Shown: one piece after another, positions 10,385 to 20,501 of the stretch
How positions within the stretch are numbered: position 1 is the first letter of the stretch
Layout of the letters: each line of letters begins with the position of its first letter
NCBI GenBank assembly: GCA_964012805.1
Contig: CAXGUD010000007.1
Location: forward strand, 1-64,000
Source: an uncultured Bacteriovoracaceae bacterium
GTDB taxonomy: Bacteria; Bdellovibrionota; Bacteriovoracia; Bacteriovoracales; Bacteriovoracaceae
DNA: 64,000 bases
Direction: 5' to 3'
The notes under the pieces: model-generated
Databases searched by the model: none
The model's input: the letters and a program-made list of their open reading frames with translations, nothing else
Told to the model about the DNA's origin: nothing
Program-made: the position numbers and the translations under genes

Positions 10385-11027
10385 TGAAGACTCCTTTTTT
10401 AATAAGTTGGTTAGCATATTTAGTTATGATATTTTTTGAGAGGTATTTTTCCTCTTTAATACTTAGCAAATGGGGAAGGCCTGTTTTTTTACATAGAAAA
10501 TTTTCTAGTTCAGTGTTTTCTTCTCCGTTAAAAATGAGTCCAGCTATAGGAATATCCATACTACGTAAAGCTGAAATTGTGAGGAGTGTATGGTTCAAAC
10601 TCCCTAAGTAGTTTTTTGTAACAACAATAGCAGGAGTTTTTAACTTTTTTATAAGATCTAGGATAGTATTTTTATCATTAAGAGGAACAAGAACCCCTCC
10701 AGCACCTTCAACCACCAGCCAATTTTTTGTTTCTGGTAGAGTAAAGTCAGAAAGGTTTATACTTAACCCTTCTTTTGCTGCAGCTTGATGAGGAGATAAA
10801 GGATTCTTCAAAGAGAAGCGCTCTTTGAAGAATTGACCTTGAGGGCTTGATAAGCTTTTAACTTTTAGAGTATCACTTTGATCCAGATCTCCACATTGAA
10901 CAGGTTTCCAATAATCTGCTTTAAGAGCTTCTTTTATAATGGCCGAAGCTATAGTCTTACCTATTCCTGTATCAATTCCAGTAATGAAAATACTTTTGCT
11001 TTTAATACCCTGGTGCTCTTTTCTCAT
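10365..11027 (-). CDS. bioD: Dethiobiotin synthase
   Basis: ITGIDTGIGKT, WKPVQ and VEGAGG motifs. Confidence 0.96.
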   Translation of the reverse strand: MRKEHQGIKSKSIFITGIDTGIGKTIASAIIKEALKADYWKPVQCGDLDQSDTLKVKSLSSPQGQFFKERFSLKNPLSPHQAAAKEGLSINLSDFTLPETKNWLVVEGAGGVLVPLNDKNTILDLIKKLKTPAIVVTKNYLGSLNHTLLTISALRSMDIPIAGLIFNGEENTELENFLCKKTGLPHLLSIKEEKYLSKNIITKYANQLIKKGVFNDEILH

Positions 11028-12181
11028 GAATATAATCTTTGGTTAAATGTTTCTTCTTTGTAGGCCAGAATTTTAGCTGCTAGCTTTTCAATTTCACTCT
11101 TTCGATTAAAAGAGTGCATACAAATCCTAAGGCGTTCTTCACCTTTTCTAACTGTTGGAGAATAGATAGGCAGAACGTCTAGGTTACTTTTTTGAAGAAA
11201 ATTGGACATATTTTTTAAATCTTCCCCCTTCTTAGGAAAATAAGTAAAAATAGGGGATTTATTGTTCTCGTTGAGGTTTAGGGACTTTTTGAGTAAAGAG
11301 CAATTAATATGCAATTGCCTTCTAAGCTCTGGATTCTCTTTTTGAAAATGTATTGCTTCACTAATTGAGAAAAGGCTGTGGTCTGGTAGCGCTGTCGTAT
11401 ATATAAAGGAATGACAGAAGTTGATAAGAAACTCTTTTAAAATAGGGCCACCAAGAATGGCCGCTCCATGGGTACCAAAGGCTTTACCAAAAGTAACAAT
11501 CCTGGCAAAAATATGAGGACTTAAGCTTTCTTCAGATGTCAGTCCCATTCCCTCTGGCCCAAGGACCCCAACACCGTGTGCATCGTCAACGATAAGGTTT
11601 GCGCCATACTTTTTACACAGTTGTGCTTGCTCATTTAAGGGGGCCAAATCTCCATCCATTGAGAAGACGCTTTCTGTAACAACATAGACTTGCCGTGCTT
11701 TTGGACCTATTTCTTTGAGCTTTCTTTCCAGGTGATTTAAGTCATTATGTTTAAAGAAATGAGTTGAAGCTTTGCTTAATTTTGCACCATTTTTCAGTGA
11801 GGCATGAACAGTTTGATCTAAAAGAAGAAGGTCATTCTCTTTTGGAATTGTTTGAAGAAGACCAAGGTTTGCATTGTAACCTGAGTTGAACAGCAGGGCT
11901 TCCTTGGCATTAAACATTTCGGCAATTTTAACTTCTAGAGATTCTGCTAAGGAAGAATTTCCAGATAGTAATCGTGACCCTGTCGAGCCATTACTTTGAG
12001 AGGATCTGTTTTTTTCTTCGATCCTTTTTTTCAAAATAGAACTTTTTGCAAGTCCTAAATAATCATTAGAAAAAAAATCAACTGCGGAAGGGTTCACAAC
12101 TTGCTTTAGTGACCTTAGATGACCTTCAATCTTTCTCTTTTCGAGTGATTCTTTTAGTTCTTTTTCTAAGGAGAAAATCAT
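11024..12181 (-). CDS. bioF: 8-amino-7-oxononanoate synthase
   Basis: SNDYLGL, GSRLLSGN, ESVFSMDGD and TFGKA motifs. Confidence 0.95.
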   Translation of the reverse strand: MIFSLEKELKESLEKRKIEGHLRSLKQVVNPSAVDFFSNDYLGLAKSSILKKRIEEKNRSSQSNGSTGSRLLSGNSSLAESLEVKIAEMFNAKEALLFNSGYNANLGLLQTIPKENDLLLLDQTVHASLKNGAKLSKASTHFFKHNDLNHLERKLKEIGPKARQVYVVTESVFSMDGDLAPLNEQAQLCKKYGANLIVDDAHGVGVLGPEGMGLTSEESLSPHIFARIVTFGKAFGTHGAAILGGPILKEFLINFCHSFIYTTALPDHSLFSISEAIHFQKENPELRRQLHINCSLLKKSLNLNENNKSPIFTYFPKKGEDLKNMSNFLQKSNLDVLPIYSPTVRKGEERLRICMHSFNRKSEIEKLAAKILAYKEETFNQRLYS

Positions 12182-12205
12182 CCTTTTACCTTTTTTAAGA
12201 GAACT

Positions 12206-13243
12206 TTATTGAGTTAAAGAAGCCGCTTGGCTTTTTTCTCTTTGACTGGACTCGAATGCTGGTTGCTTTTTTTCTCTTTGGCTTGATTCGAATGCAGGAG
12301 TTTCTTTAAGTCCTAAAAGAGAGAAAAGCTCTTTATCTTCATTGAATTCCGGGTTGGGAGTTGTTAAAAGTTTTTCACCGGAAAAGATAGAGTTTGCTCC
12401 AGCTAGAAAGCAGAGGGCCTGATCTTGAGCACTCCGAGAATTTCTACCAGCTGACAATCTAACAACTGAATGGGGCATAATAATTCGTGCTGTTGCGATC
12501 ATTCTTATAAGATCCCAAATTGGAACTTCTTTTTGTTTTTCTAGTGGTGTCCCTTTAACTGCAACTAAAGTGTTAATGGGGACTGAGTCAGGATGTGGTG
12601 TAAGATTGGAAAGTGTCGTAAGCATCCCAATACGATCTTTCTTTGTTTCACCCATGCCAATGATACCTCCGCTGCAAACAGAGATCTTGGCCTTTTGGAC
12701 ATTTTTTAAAGTATTAAGCCTGTCATCATAAGTTCTCGTGGATATAATACTTTTGTAATAATCCTGGCCTGTATCAATGTTATGATTGTAGGCATAGAGG
12801 CCAGCTTTTTTAAGTTTGTCGGCCTGGTTTTCATTGAGCATCCCGAGTGTACAACAAACTTCGACACCCATATTGGTAATCCCCTTTACCATATCGAGGA
12901 CCTGGTCAAATTGATTATTGTCCTTTACTTCTCTCCATGCCGCGCCTAGGCAAACCCTTGAAGCACCTTGATTTTTGGCCCTTTTCGCCATCTCTAAAAC
13001 AGCATCAGTTTTCATAAGACCTTGTGCTTCTAAACCAGTGTTGTATCTTGCTGCTTGGGGACAATAACTACAGTCTTCAGGACAGCCACCAGTTTTAATT
13101 GAAATTAGGCTGCTAACTTGAACTTTTTGAGGGTCAAAATTCTCTCTATGGATGCTCGCAGCTTCAAAGATAAGGTCCAGTAAAGGTTTATCGTGTATTG
13201 CCTGGATCTCTTCAGTTTTCCAATTATGTCTTAGAGAGCTCAT
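12206..13243 (-). CDS. bioB: Biotin synthase
   Basis: CPEDCSYC radical-SAM motif; YNHNIDT; RLSAGR. Confidence 0.98.
   Translation of the reverse strand: MSSLRHNWKTEEIQAIHDKPLLDLIFEAASIHRENFDPQKVQVSSLISIKTGGCPEDCSYCPQAARYNTGLEAQGLMKTDAVLEMAKRAKNQGASRVCLGAAWREVKDNNQFDQVLDMVKGITNMGVEVCCTLGMLNENQADKLKKAGLYAYNHNIDTGQDYYKSIISTRTYDDRLNTLKNVQKAKISVCSGGIIGMGETKKDRIGMLTTLSNLTPHPDSVPINTLVAVKGTPLEKQKEVPIWDLIRMIATARIIMPHSVVRLSAGRNSRSAQDQALCFLAGANSIFSGEKLLTTPNPEFNEDKELFSLLGLKETPAFESSQREKKQPAFESSQREKSQAASLTQ
12227..12298 (-). repeat. Imperfect 36-bp tandem duplication in the bioB 3' end
   Basis: Encodes [12 protein letters not shown] / [12 protein letters not shown]. Confidence 0.9.
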
Positions 13244-13325
13244 TCTTCATCCTCCTAAGGTGTAAAGTCATCAATGAATCTTTGAGGAAAAAAGTAACTC
13301 GGACAAGGATAGTTTTTAGGAAAAA

Positions 13326-13342
13326 AGTTTACCTCTTAAACT
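13326..13342. promoter_or_regulatory. Palindrome, candidate MarR operator
   Basis: AGTTTA-cctct-TAAACT in the bioB/marR divergent intergenic region. Confidence 0.5.
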
Positions 13343-13365
13343 ATTTCATTTATAAACCAGGCATC

Positions 13366-13851
13366 ATGGAAATAGACCAATATTTGAGGCAGAGCCCAAT
13401 TTACCTTTTTAATGAAATTCATCAAATTCTCTTTAGAGATATTAAGACATTACTTAAGGAGAAGGGTGTCAATTTCCTTCAGGCCCTTATTGTCATAACT
13501 GTATTTTTGGAGCGGAGAAAAAGAAAGGACCTTCGTAAGAAAATTTCACCAGGTCATATTTTCAAGTCTCTTAAAGTTTCTAAAGGGGGCATGAGTCAGA
13601 ATTTAAGTTTCTTAGAAGAGAAAGGTCTTCTAAAAAGGGTTTTAGATCAAGAGGATGCAAGGTCTTTTTCTTTGGAATTAACTGAAAAAGGTGAGCTAAG
13701 TGCTCTAGAACTTATGCAAATATTTGAGCTAAAAGAGAAAAATATTGAGAAGAGAATGGGCAAAGTTCATCTAGATGAGCTTGTTGAAATTCTTGAACGC
13801 TTCAAAGAAGATTACTCTTTAAACTCCCTAGAAATTCAAAAAAATAACTAA
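13366..13851 (+). CDS. MarR-family transcriptional regulator
   Basis: wHTH motif LEEKGLLKR...DARS...LTEKG; start reassigned to ATG 13366 to avoid overlap with bioB. Confidence 0.85.
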   Translation: MEIDQYLRQSPIYLFNEIHQILFRDIKTLLKEKGVNFLQALIVITVFLERRKRKDLRKKISPGHIFKSLKVSKGGMSQNLSFLEEKGLLKRVLDQEDARSFSLELTEKGELSALELMQIFELKEKNIEKRMGKVHLDELVEILERFKEDYSLNSLEIQKNN

Positions 13852-13961
13852 GCAGTCAGGTTTATTTCGTTTAAAAAACTTTATAAATTTTTCATTTTAG
13901 AAATTTTTCTTAAGACCGAACTGTTTCACAGTATTCCTAGTTTAGTTTTCGGAGGAAGTTC

Positions 13962-14369
13962 ATGACAACTGAATTAGAAGATGTCTTGATTGTGGACGAT
14001 GACGAGGATATTTGTGAGATCCTTACTGAGTATGTAAAAGGAATGGGATTGTTTAGGAATGTTGTTTCTGCAACAGATGGATCAATTGCTATTGATAAGC
14101 TTAGAAATCAACAATTTTCATTAATTCTTTTGGATTTAAATCTTCCCAGGAAAAATGGGCTTGAAGTATTGGAGTATATTAGTGCGGAAAAAGACCATAC
14201 TTTAAACTCAGTTATTATGATCTCAGGCGAATTTGATGAAAGCACTATAAAAAAAGCTGTAGAAATAGGAGGTCGGTGTTTTTTAGCAAAGCCTTTTTCT
14301 AAAGATCTTGTAGTGGATAAAATCAAGAAACACGTAGTTGAGAAGCTTTCTGAGAAAAAAGCTTCCTAA
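13962..14369 (+). CDS. Single-domain response regulator (CheY-like)
   Basis: VLIVDDD, LLDLNLP and LAKPF motifs. Confidence 0.9.
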   Translation: MTTELEDVLIVDDDEDICEILTEYVKGMGLFRNVVSATDGSIAIDKLRNQQFSLILLDLNLPRKNGLEVLEYISAEKDHTLNSVIMISGEFDESTIKKAVEIGGRCFLAKPFSKDLVVDKIKKHVVEKLSEKKAS

Positions 14370-14449
14370 ACAATAATCTCATACAATTTCAGTAAAACTT
14401 TTTTATTTTCTATTCTCTTCTTTTATATTTTTTATATTTAAAATAGATG

Positions 14450-14478
14450 TTGCCATCCAAAAAAAAAGTGCTTAAGAT
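14450..14478 (+). promoter_or_regulatory. Sigma70-type promoter of the trp operon
   Basis: TTGCCA-N17-TAAGAT upstream of the leader ORF. Confidence 0.6.
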
Positions 14479-14502
14479 TCATTTGGATTGAGGAATATTT
14501 AA

Positions 14503-14574
14503 ATGAACCAGAAAAAAAATAAATTTCAATTTACCTATTGGTGTTGGTGGTCCTGGCAGATGAAAAGCCATTGA
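14503..14574 (+). CDS. trpL: trp leader peptide (MNQKKNKFQFTYWCWWSWQMKSH)
   Basis: GAGGA RBS; 4 Trp codons within 6 codons; ends 68 nt before trpE. Confidence 0.9.
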   Translation: MNQKKNKFQFTYWCWWSWQMKSH

Positions 14575-14616
14575 TCACTAGCGGTTAAATCCATTCTACA
14601 TTCAATTGACCGTTAG
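14545..14616 (+). promoter_or_regulatory. trp attenuator-like RNA hairpins
   Basis: TGGTGGTC(14545-52)/GATCACTA(14573-80) stem overlaps a CTAGCGGTTAA(14578-88)/TTGACCGTTAG(14606-16) stem. Confidence 0.65.
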
Positions 14617-14642
14617 ATTCTTTAGAACATAAGGATTTAAGA

Positions 14643-16193
14643 GTGTTAATTGAGATTGAAAAAATCAAAAAAGCATTAAAAAAAGAAAACATCATACCAA
14701 TCGCTAGAGCTTTTAGTTGTGATGTTTTGACTCCGGTTTCTGCTTTTCTTAGATTGCAAAAAGAATGTAAAAAATCATTTTTTCTAGAAAGTGTTGAGGG
14801 AGGGGAGCGGTTAGGGAGGTACTGCTTTTTAGGAATAAGGCCATTTGAAACTCTTAAAATAAAAAAGGGTAAGTTCTTGGTCGAAAAAGATGGTAAAACC
14901 ATAGAATCCTTTTCAGAATCAAATCCCTTTAATCAACTTAAATTATATTTAAAAAAATACAAATCGATAAATTTTCCCGAACTTCCTCCTTTTTGTGGAG
15001 GCGCTATAGGCTATATAGCTCATGAATGTATTCATTATATCGAAGATCTTCCTTTTACCCCCAAAAAAAAATTAGAAAACAGCGCCCATCTTATGCTTTT
15101 TAGAGACGTCATTGTTTTTGATAGAGCAAAAAATAGAATAATCATAATTTCGAATATTTTTTTAGACGAAGAAAGCCTTGAAGAGGGAGTAAAAAAAGCT
15201 GAAAAAAGAATTGAAAAATTATATGAGAGTTTATTTTCAACTTTAAAAGACACAAAAGATCAAAAACAAAATGGTAGAAAAAGAAAGGATAAAGTACTTG
15301 ATTTGAACCAAGACTTAGGTTTTTTATCTAAACAAAAAGATGAAGACCTTTTTAATCGTGGACTTTTTGGTCAGGATGAGTTTTGTCAAGCCGTAAAAAT
15401 TATAAAAAATCATATTAGAAAAGGTGATATTTTTCAGTGTGTTCTTTCCGATCGCTTTAAATTTAAATTGAAAACAGATCCTTTTTCAATTTATAGAACT
15501 TTGAGGGCCATTTCGCCGGCTCCTTATTTATTTTATTTATCTTTAGGAGATGATGAATTTCTTCTTGGTGCCTCTCCTGAAAGGTTAGTCAAGGTAGAAA
15601 ATAGAATTATTCAAACTTGCCCAATTGCTGGCACCAGACCTCGAGGAAAAACAATTGAGGAAGATAAAAAGTTTGAGAAAGAACTTTTGATGAGTGTTAA
15701 GGAAAAAGCCGAGCACCTTATGCTTGTTGACTTAGGTCGAAATGATGTTGGTCGGGTTGCAAAAGCTGGTAGCGTAAAAGTGACTCAGTTCATGGAAGTT
15801 GAGAAGTTTTCCAATGTTATGCATTTGGTAAGCCAGGTTGAAGGAAGGCTACCACATCCCAAATCTGCTTGGGACGCCTTAGGGTCATGCTTTCCAGCAG
15901 GAACTTTATCAGGAGCTCCAAAAATCAAGGCCCTTGAGATTATAGATAATTTAGAAAAAGGTCCCAGAGGGCCATATGGAGGAGCTATTATCTATTACGA
16001 TTTTTCTGGAAACCTAGATTCATGCATCAACATTAGAAGCTTAAGAATAAAAAATAATCAAGGGTTTGTTCAAGCTGGTGCAGGAATTGTCTTTGATTCA
16101 AGGGCCAAAAATGAATATATAGAAATTTATCATAAATCTAAAGCAGTAAGGGAAGCTCTCTCAATTGCCCATCTTTTGGAGGAGCAGATATGA
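14643..16193 (+). CDS. trpE: Anthranilate synthase component I
   Basis: LESVEGGE, PIAGTRPRG, EHLMLVDLGRND and GTLSGAPK motifs. Confidence 0.97.
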   Translation: MLIEIEKIKKALKKENIIPIARAFSCDVLTPVSAFLRLQKECKKSFFLESVEGGERLGRYCFLGIRPFETLKIKKGKFLVEKDGKTIESFSESNPFNQLKLYLKKYKSINFPELPPFCGGAIGYIAHECIHYIEDLPFTPKKKLENSAHLMLFRDVIVFDRAKNRIIIISNIFLDEESLEEGVKKAEKRIEKLYESLFSTLKDTKDQKQNGRKRKDKVLDLNQDLGFLSKQKDEDLFNRGLFGQDEFCQAVKIIKNHIRKGDIFQCVLSDRFKFKLKTDPFSIYRTLRAISPAPYLFYLSLGDDEFLLGASPERLVKVENRIIQTCPIAGTRPRGKTIEEDKKFEKELLMSVKEKAEHLMLVDLGRNDVGRVAKAGSVKVTQFMEVEKFSNVMHLVSQVEGRLPHPKSAWDALGSCFPAGTLSGAPKIKALEIIDNLEKGPRGPYGGAIIYYDFSGNLDSCINIRSLRIKNNQGFVQAGAGIVFDSRAKNEYIEIYHKSKAVREALSIAHLLEEQI

Positions 16194-16786
16194 TTCTTCT
16201 TATTGATAATTATGATTCCTTCACTTTTAATCTGTATCAATATTTGGTTCAAGAAGGTTTGAGAGTTAAGGTTTTTAGAAATGATAAAATTTCTATAGAT
16301 AAGATTAATAAACTTAAGCCAAGCGCTATTGTATTATCTCCAGGCCCTGGTCAACCAAAAGAAGCAGGAATAGGCTTAAAGCTTGTTGAGAGCTTTTACA
16401 AGGAGGTTCCAATACTTGGTATATGCTTGGGTCATCAAATAATTGCAGAGTTTTTTGGAGGAAAAATTATTCGTTCACCTAAAATTATGCACGGTAAAAT
16501 ATCTCCAATTTTTCATAAAGGAGAAGGTTTATATAAAGGATTACCCCGATCTTTTAATGTCGTTCGATACCACTCTTTAATTGTTGATGAAAAAGCATTC
16601 CCTCATTCATTAAAAGCAACTTGCTTCACAGAAGATGGAGTTATTATGGGGCTTAAACATGAGCGCTACCCTATAGAGGGAATTCAGTTCCATCCGGAAT
16701 CTCACAAAACCGATTTTGGTAAACAGCTTATTTTAAATTTTTTAAATCGAACTTCAATAAAAGAAAAAAGGAAGATGGTCAAATGA
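16190..16786 (+). CDS. trpG: Anthranilate synthase component II
   Basis: IDNYDSF, SPGPG, GICLGHQ and QFHPES motifs. Confidence 0.96.
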   Translation: MILLIDNYDSFTFNLYQYLVQEGLRVKVFRNDKISIDKINKLKPSAIVLSPGPGQPKEAGIGLKLVESFYKEVPILGICLGHQIIAEFFGGKIIRSPKIMHGKISPIFHKGEGLYKGLPRSFNVVRYHSLIVDEKAFPHSLKATCFTEDGVIMGLKHERYPIEGIQFHPESHKTDFGKQLILNFLNRTSIKEKRKMVK

Positions 16787-17802
16787 AATCACTTTTAAAA
16801 AGAATTATGAATGGAAGTTCTCTTTCAGAAGCTGAAGCTTTTAATCTTCTATCCCAAATAACTGAAAATAATATTCATGAGGCTCAAGTTGGAGCTATAT
16901 TGGGCGCTTTGAGGACCAAAGGTGAAACCAGCGATGAGATTTCCGGGTTTGCAAAATATTTAAAGAAAAAATCAATACCTTTTCCTTATCAAGCGAAGGA
17001 AGATGAAATTCTTGTAGATACCTGTGGAACAGGAGGAGATGATATTGGATCTTTTAATATTTCTACTGCTGTGGCTTTTGTATTAGCAAGTGGAGGTGTC
17101 AAGGTTGCAAAACATGGTAATAGGTCTGTTTCAAGTCGTTGCGGCTGTGCAGATGTTTTGGAGGAGTTAAATGTACCATTAGATCTAAAGCCAAAAGAAA
17201 GTGCTGAAGATCTTAAAAATAAAAACTTTACCTTTCTTTTTGCTCCTATATACCATCCTAGCTTTAAAAAATTGGCAACGATTAGAAAATCAATTCAAGT
17301 AAGAACTATTTTTAATTTACTTGGACCTCTTTTAAATCCTGCAGCTGTCAAAAGACAACTCGTTGGAGTCTTTGACGGAAACTACGTAATTAAGATGGCC
17401 GAAGCATTAAAGAAAATAGGTCATAAAGAAGCGATGGTTGTAAACGGTCAGGATGGAATGGATGAATTTTCTATCTCAGGTCCTACCCAAGTCGCTCATT
17501 TAAAAAATAATAAAATTACTGAATTAATTATTAAACCAGAGGACTTTGGTCTTAAGAGTGCATCACTAAAAGATATTAAAGGTGGTTCCAAAAGAGAGAA
17601 TGCAAAACTTCTTGAAGATATATTATGTGGAAAAATAAGGGGAGCAAAAAAAGATATTGTCTCTTTAAATGCAGGTGCTGCATTTTATATTGCTGGAAAA
17701 ACAAACAGTTTTAAAAATGGAGTTAATCTTGCGTCTTCACTTATGACCCTAGGTAAAGCATATGAAGCTCTGGATAGTCTAAGAATAGGAAGGTCATTAT
17801 GA
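16783..17802 (+). CDS. trpD: Anthranilate phosphoribosyltransferase
   Basis: DTCGTGGD and KHGNRSVSS motifs. Confidence 0.97.
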   Translation: MKSLLKRIMNGSSLSEAEAFNLLSQITENNIHEAQVGAILGALRTKGETSDEISGFAKYLKKKSIPFPYQAKEDEILVDTCGTGGDDIGSFNISTAVAFVLASGGVKVAKHGNRSVSSRCGCADVLEELNVPLDLKPKESAEDLKNKNFTFLFAPIYHPSFKKLATIRKSIQVRTIFNLLGPLLNPAAVKRQLVGVFDGNYVIKMAEALKKIGHKEAMVVNGQDGMDEFSISGPTQVAHLKNNKITELIIKPEDFGLKSASLKDIKGGSKRENAKLLEDILCGKIRGAKKDIVSLNAGAAFYIAGKTNSFKNGVNLASSLMTLGKAYEALDSLRIGRSL

Positions 17803-18632
17803 AAATAGAGAATACTTTTCTTTCCAGGATATATAAAAAGGTGAAGGATCAAGTTGAGAGAGAAAAAAAACAGTGGCCTGTTGAAAGTCTAGAAGAAGCC
17901 TTTCAACATGTTAATATTTCAAAAAGAGCATCTTTTAGAGAATCTTTTTTGGAAGGAAGTCGTCCTCATATTATTTCTGAAATTAAATATGGAAGTCCAA
18001 GTGTAGGGATTATTAAACCTAGGTTTGAAATGGCATGTACTGAAATAGCCATGAGTTATTTAAAAGGAGGGGCGACTGCTTTAAGTATCGTTACTGAGCC
18101 TTTTTATTTTAAAGGCGATATTTTGGATATAAAGAGGGTTTCTAATAAACTTCACAACTCTAAAATTTTAAGAAAAGACTTTATAGTCGATGAATTTCAG
18201 ATTCTTCATACTAAGGTTTTGGGAGCCGATTGTATCCTCTTTATAGTGGCACTTCTTGGTCCTCGCAAATTAGAACTTTTTTTAAAGTATGCAGAGAAGT
18301 ATGGCCTGGAAGCTTTAGTTGAAGTCCACAATCAAGAAGAGTTTAAGATTGCCTTAAATGCTGGTGCTAAAATAATTGGCGTAAATAATCGAGATTTAAA
18401 AAATTTCAGAGTTAATTTAGATATTTCTATCAAACTGGCGTCAATGAAAACTAAAGATATAGTTCTAATTAGTGAAAGCGGAATAAAATCTGGTCAAGAA
18501 ATTAAGTTATTACAAATGGCCGGTTTTGATGGATTTTTAATAGGGTCAAGTTTCATGAGAGAAAAAGATCCTGGCAAAAAATTAAATCAAATTATTCGAT
18601 CAAGCCGAACTTATAACGAAGTAGTTTTATGA
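17799..18632 (+). CDS. trpC: Indole-3-glycerol phosphate synthase
   Basis: LRKDFI, GVNNRDL and SESGI motifs. Confidence 0.96.
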   Translation: MKIENTFLSRIYKKVKDQVEREKKQWPVESLEEAFQHVNISKRASFRESFLEGSRPHIISEIKYGSPSVGIIKPRFEMACTEIAMSYLKGGATALSIVTEPFYFKGDILDIKRVSNKLHNSKILRKDFIVDEFQILHTKVLGADCILFIVALLGPRKLELFLKYAEKYGLEALVEVHNQEEFKIALNAGAKIIGVNNRDLKNFRVNLDISIKLASMKTKDIVLISESGIKSGQEIKLLQMAGFDGFLIGSSFMREKDPGKKLNQIIRSSRTYNEVVL

Positions 18633-19276
18633 AATTAAAAATTTGTGGACTTAAACAAGAAAAAGATATTAGGAAATCAATTGATTTGGGTGCATGGGCA
18701 TTAGGTTTTATTTTTTATAAAAAAAGTCCTAGGTTTATAAAACCTGAAATAGCAGGAAATATCGTAAAAAATTATCAAACTGATATCTCTAAAAAGTTAG
18801 TTGGCGTTTTTGTTAATGAGTCTCTTTGTGAAATGATCGATGTTCAAAAAAAAGTGAAATTTAATACTTTTCAATTACATGGAGAAGAGTCGCCCCAAGT
18901 TCTATCTTCAATTGATCATAAGTTTAATGTAATAAAAAAGTTGAACTACATGGATTTTCCCAATATTCATTTATTTTTAAGGGCACACCCAAAGATAAGT
19001 TTTTTAATTGATGCTGTTCCAGGTCTTAATGGATCTTATGGTGGTCAAGGTGAAATTTCTGATTGGAGTTTTGCAAGGAGGGTTAAGAAAAAAATAGGCC
19101 CCCACAGAAAATTAATTTTGGCCGGTGGATTGAATAAAAAAAATATGGTTTTAGCAAAAGAGGAAGTAGACCCCTTCGCCTTTGACTTATCAAGTTCCGT
19201 GGAATCTAAGCCAGGGGTGAAGGATCACAAAAAATTAAAAGAACTTTTTTCTACGATTCAAATGGAGGTTAAATAA
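18629..19276 (+). CDS. trpF: Phosphoribosylanthranilate isomerase
   Basis: KICGL, QLHGEE and LAGGL motifs. Confidence 0.95.
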   Translation: MKLKICGLKQEKDIRKSIDLGAWALGFIFYKKSPRFIKPEIAGNIVKNYQTDISKKLVGVFVNESLCEMIDVQKKVKFNTFQLHGEESPQVLSSIDHKFNVIKKLNYMDFPNIHLFLRAHPKISFLIDAVPGLNGSYGGQGEISDWSFARRVKKKIGPHRKLILAGGLNKKNMVLAKEEVDPFAFDLSSSVESKPGVKDHKKLKELFSTIQMEVK

Positions 19277-20472
19277 TGAACCCTGACTCAAGAGGCTTTT
19301 ATGGGCAGTATGGAGGTTCGTATATTCCTGAGACCTTATCTGGGCCAATAGAAGAAGTAAAAGAAGCTTTTGAAAAGTTTAGAGATGAGAAAAGCTTTAA
19401 ATCAGATCTCTCATACTGGCAAAAAGAATATGTTGGCCGTGCTACACCACTAACATACGCAAAAAGGCTCTCTCAGTTTTTAGGAGGCCCAAAAATTTAT
19501 CTCAAAAGAGAGGATCTTACTCATACCGGAGCTCATAAGATAAATAATACTTTAGGCCAAATTCTTATAGCTAAGAGAATGAGAAAAACAAGAATTATTG
19601 CTGAAACAGGTGCCGGGCAACATGGAGTTGCTGTTGCTACAGTCTGTGCTCTATTCGGATTAAATTGCACAATTTATATGGGTGAAGATGATACAAAAAG
19701 ACAAAGACTCAATGTGTATAGAATGAGGCTTTTGGGAGCTTCAGTAAAGTCTGTTGATTCAGGATCCAAGACATTAAAAGATGCTATCAATGAGGCCATG
19801 AGAGATTGGGTGACAAATGTTAAAGATTCTTATTATTTATTGGGCTCGGCCCTTGGCCCTCATCCTTACCCTCAAATGGTTACTGAATTTCAATCTGTTA
19901 TTGGACAAGAGGTTAAAGACCAAATTTTAAATAAAGAGGGACGTCTTCCCGATCAACTCATTGCTTGTGTCGGTGGTGGAAGTAATGCAATTGGATTATT
20001 TCACCCTTTTCTAGAAGATAAGAGTGTTTCTTTAGTTGGAGTTGAAGCCGGTGGGCTTGGTATAAAAGAAAACCTTCATGCGGCCAGGTTTGAAGGTGGG
20101 AGTGTAGGAATTTTTCAAGGAACTAAAACTTTTATTTTGCAGGATCAATTTGGACAAATAAAAGAAACTAAAAGTATTTCCGCTGGTTTAGATTATGCTG
20201 GGATAGGTCCTCTGCACTGTTTTTTAAAAGCAGAAGGAAGGGCGCAATATACATATGCGACGGATAAAGAGGCCATGAATGCTTTTTCCCTTTTATCAAA
20301 AATGGAAGGTATTATACCTGCTATAGAAAGTTCTCATGCAATTGCTTACATAATCAAAGAAGCTTCTAATTTATCAAAAGATAAAATTGTTGTTTGCAAC
20401 CTTTCTGGAAGAGGTGACAAGGATGTTGAAACTGCAATCTTTTATTCGAATAAAGAAGATATATATAATTAA
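19276..20472 (+). CDS. trpB: Tryptophan synthase beta chain
   Basis: [17 protein letters not shown] and LSGRGDKD motifs. Confidence 0.98.
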   Translation: MNPDSRGFYGQYGGSYIPETLSGPIEEVKEAFEKFRDEKSFKSDLSYWQKEYVGRATPLTYAKRLSQFLGGPKIYLKREDLTHTGAHKINNTLGQILIAKRMRKTRIIAETGAGQHGVAVATVCALFGLNCTIYMGEDDTKRQRLNVYRMRLLGASVKSVDSGSKTLKDAINEAMRDWVTNVKDSYYLLGSALGPHPYPQMVTEFQSVIGQEVKDQILNKEGRLPDQLIACVGGGSNAIGLFHPFLEDKSVSLVGVEAGGLGIKENLHAARFEGGSVGIFQGTKTFILQDQFGQIKETKSISAGLDYAGIGPLHCFLKAEGRAQYTYATDKEAMNAFSLLSKMEGIIPAIESSHAIAYIIKEASNLSKDKIVVCNLSGRGDKDVETAIFYSNKEDIYN

Positions 20473-20501
20473 AAAATTTAACATCGGCTTTAGGAATTAT
20501 T

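Noticed and set aside
13198..13365. Extended N-terminus of the MarR ORF in the ORF track
   Set aside because: Overlaps the bioB start and spans the regulatory region; ATG 13366 gives a normal-length MarR.
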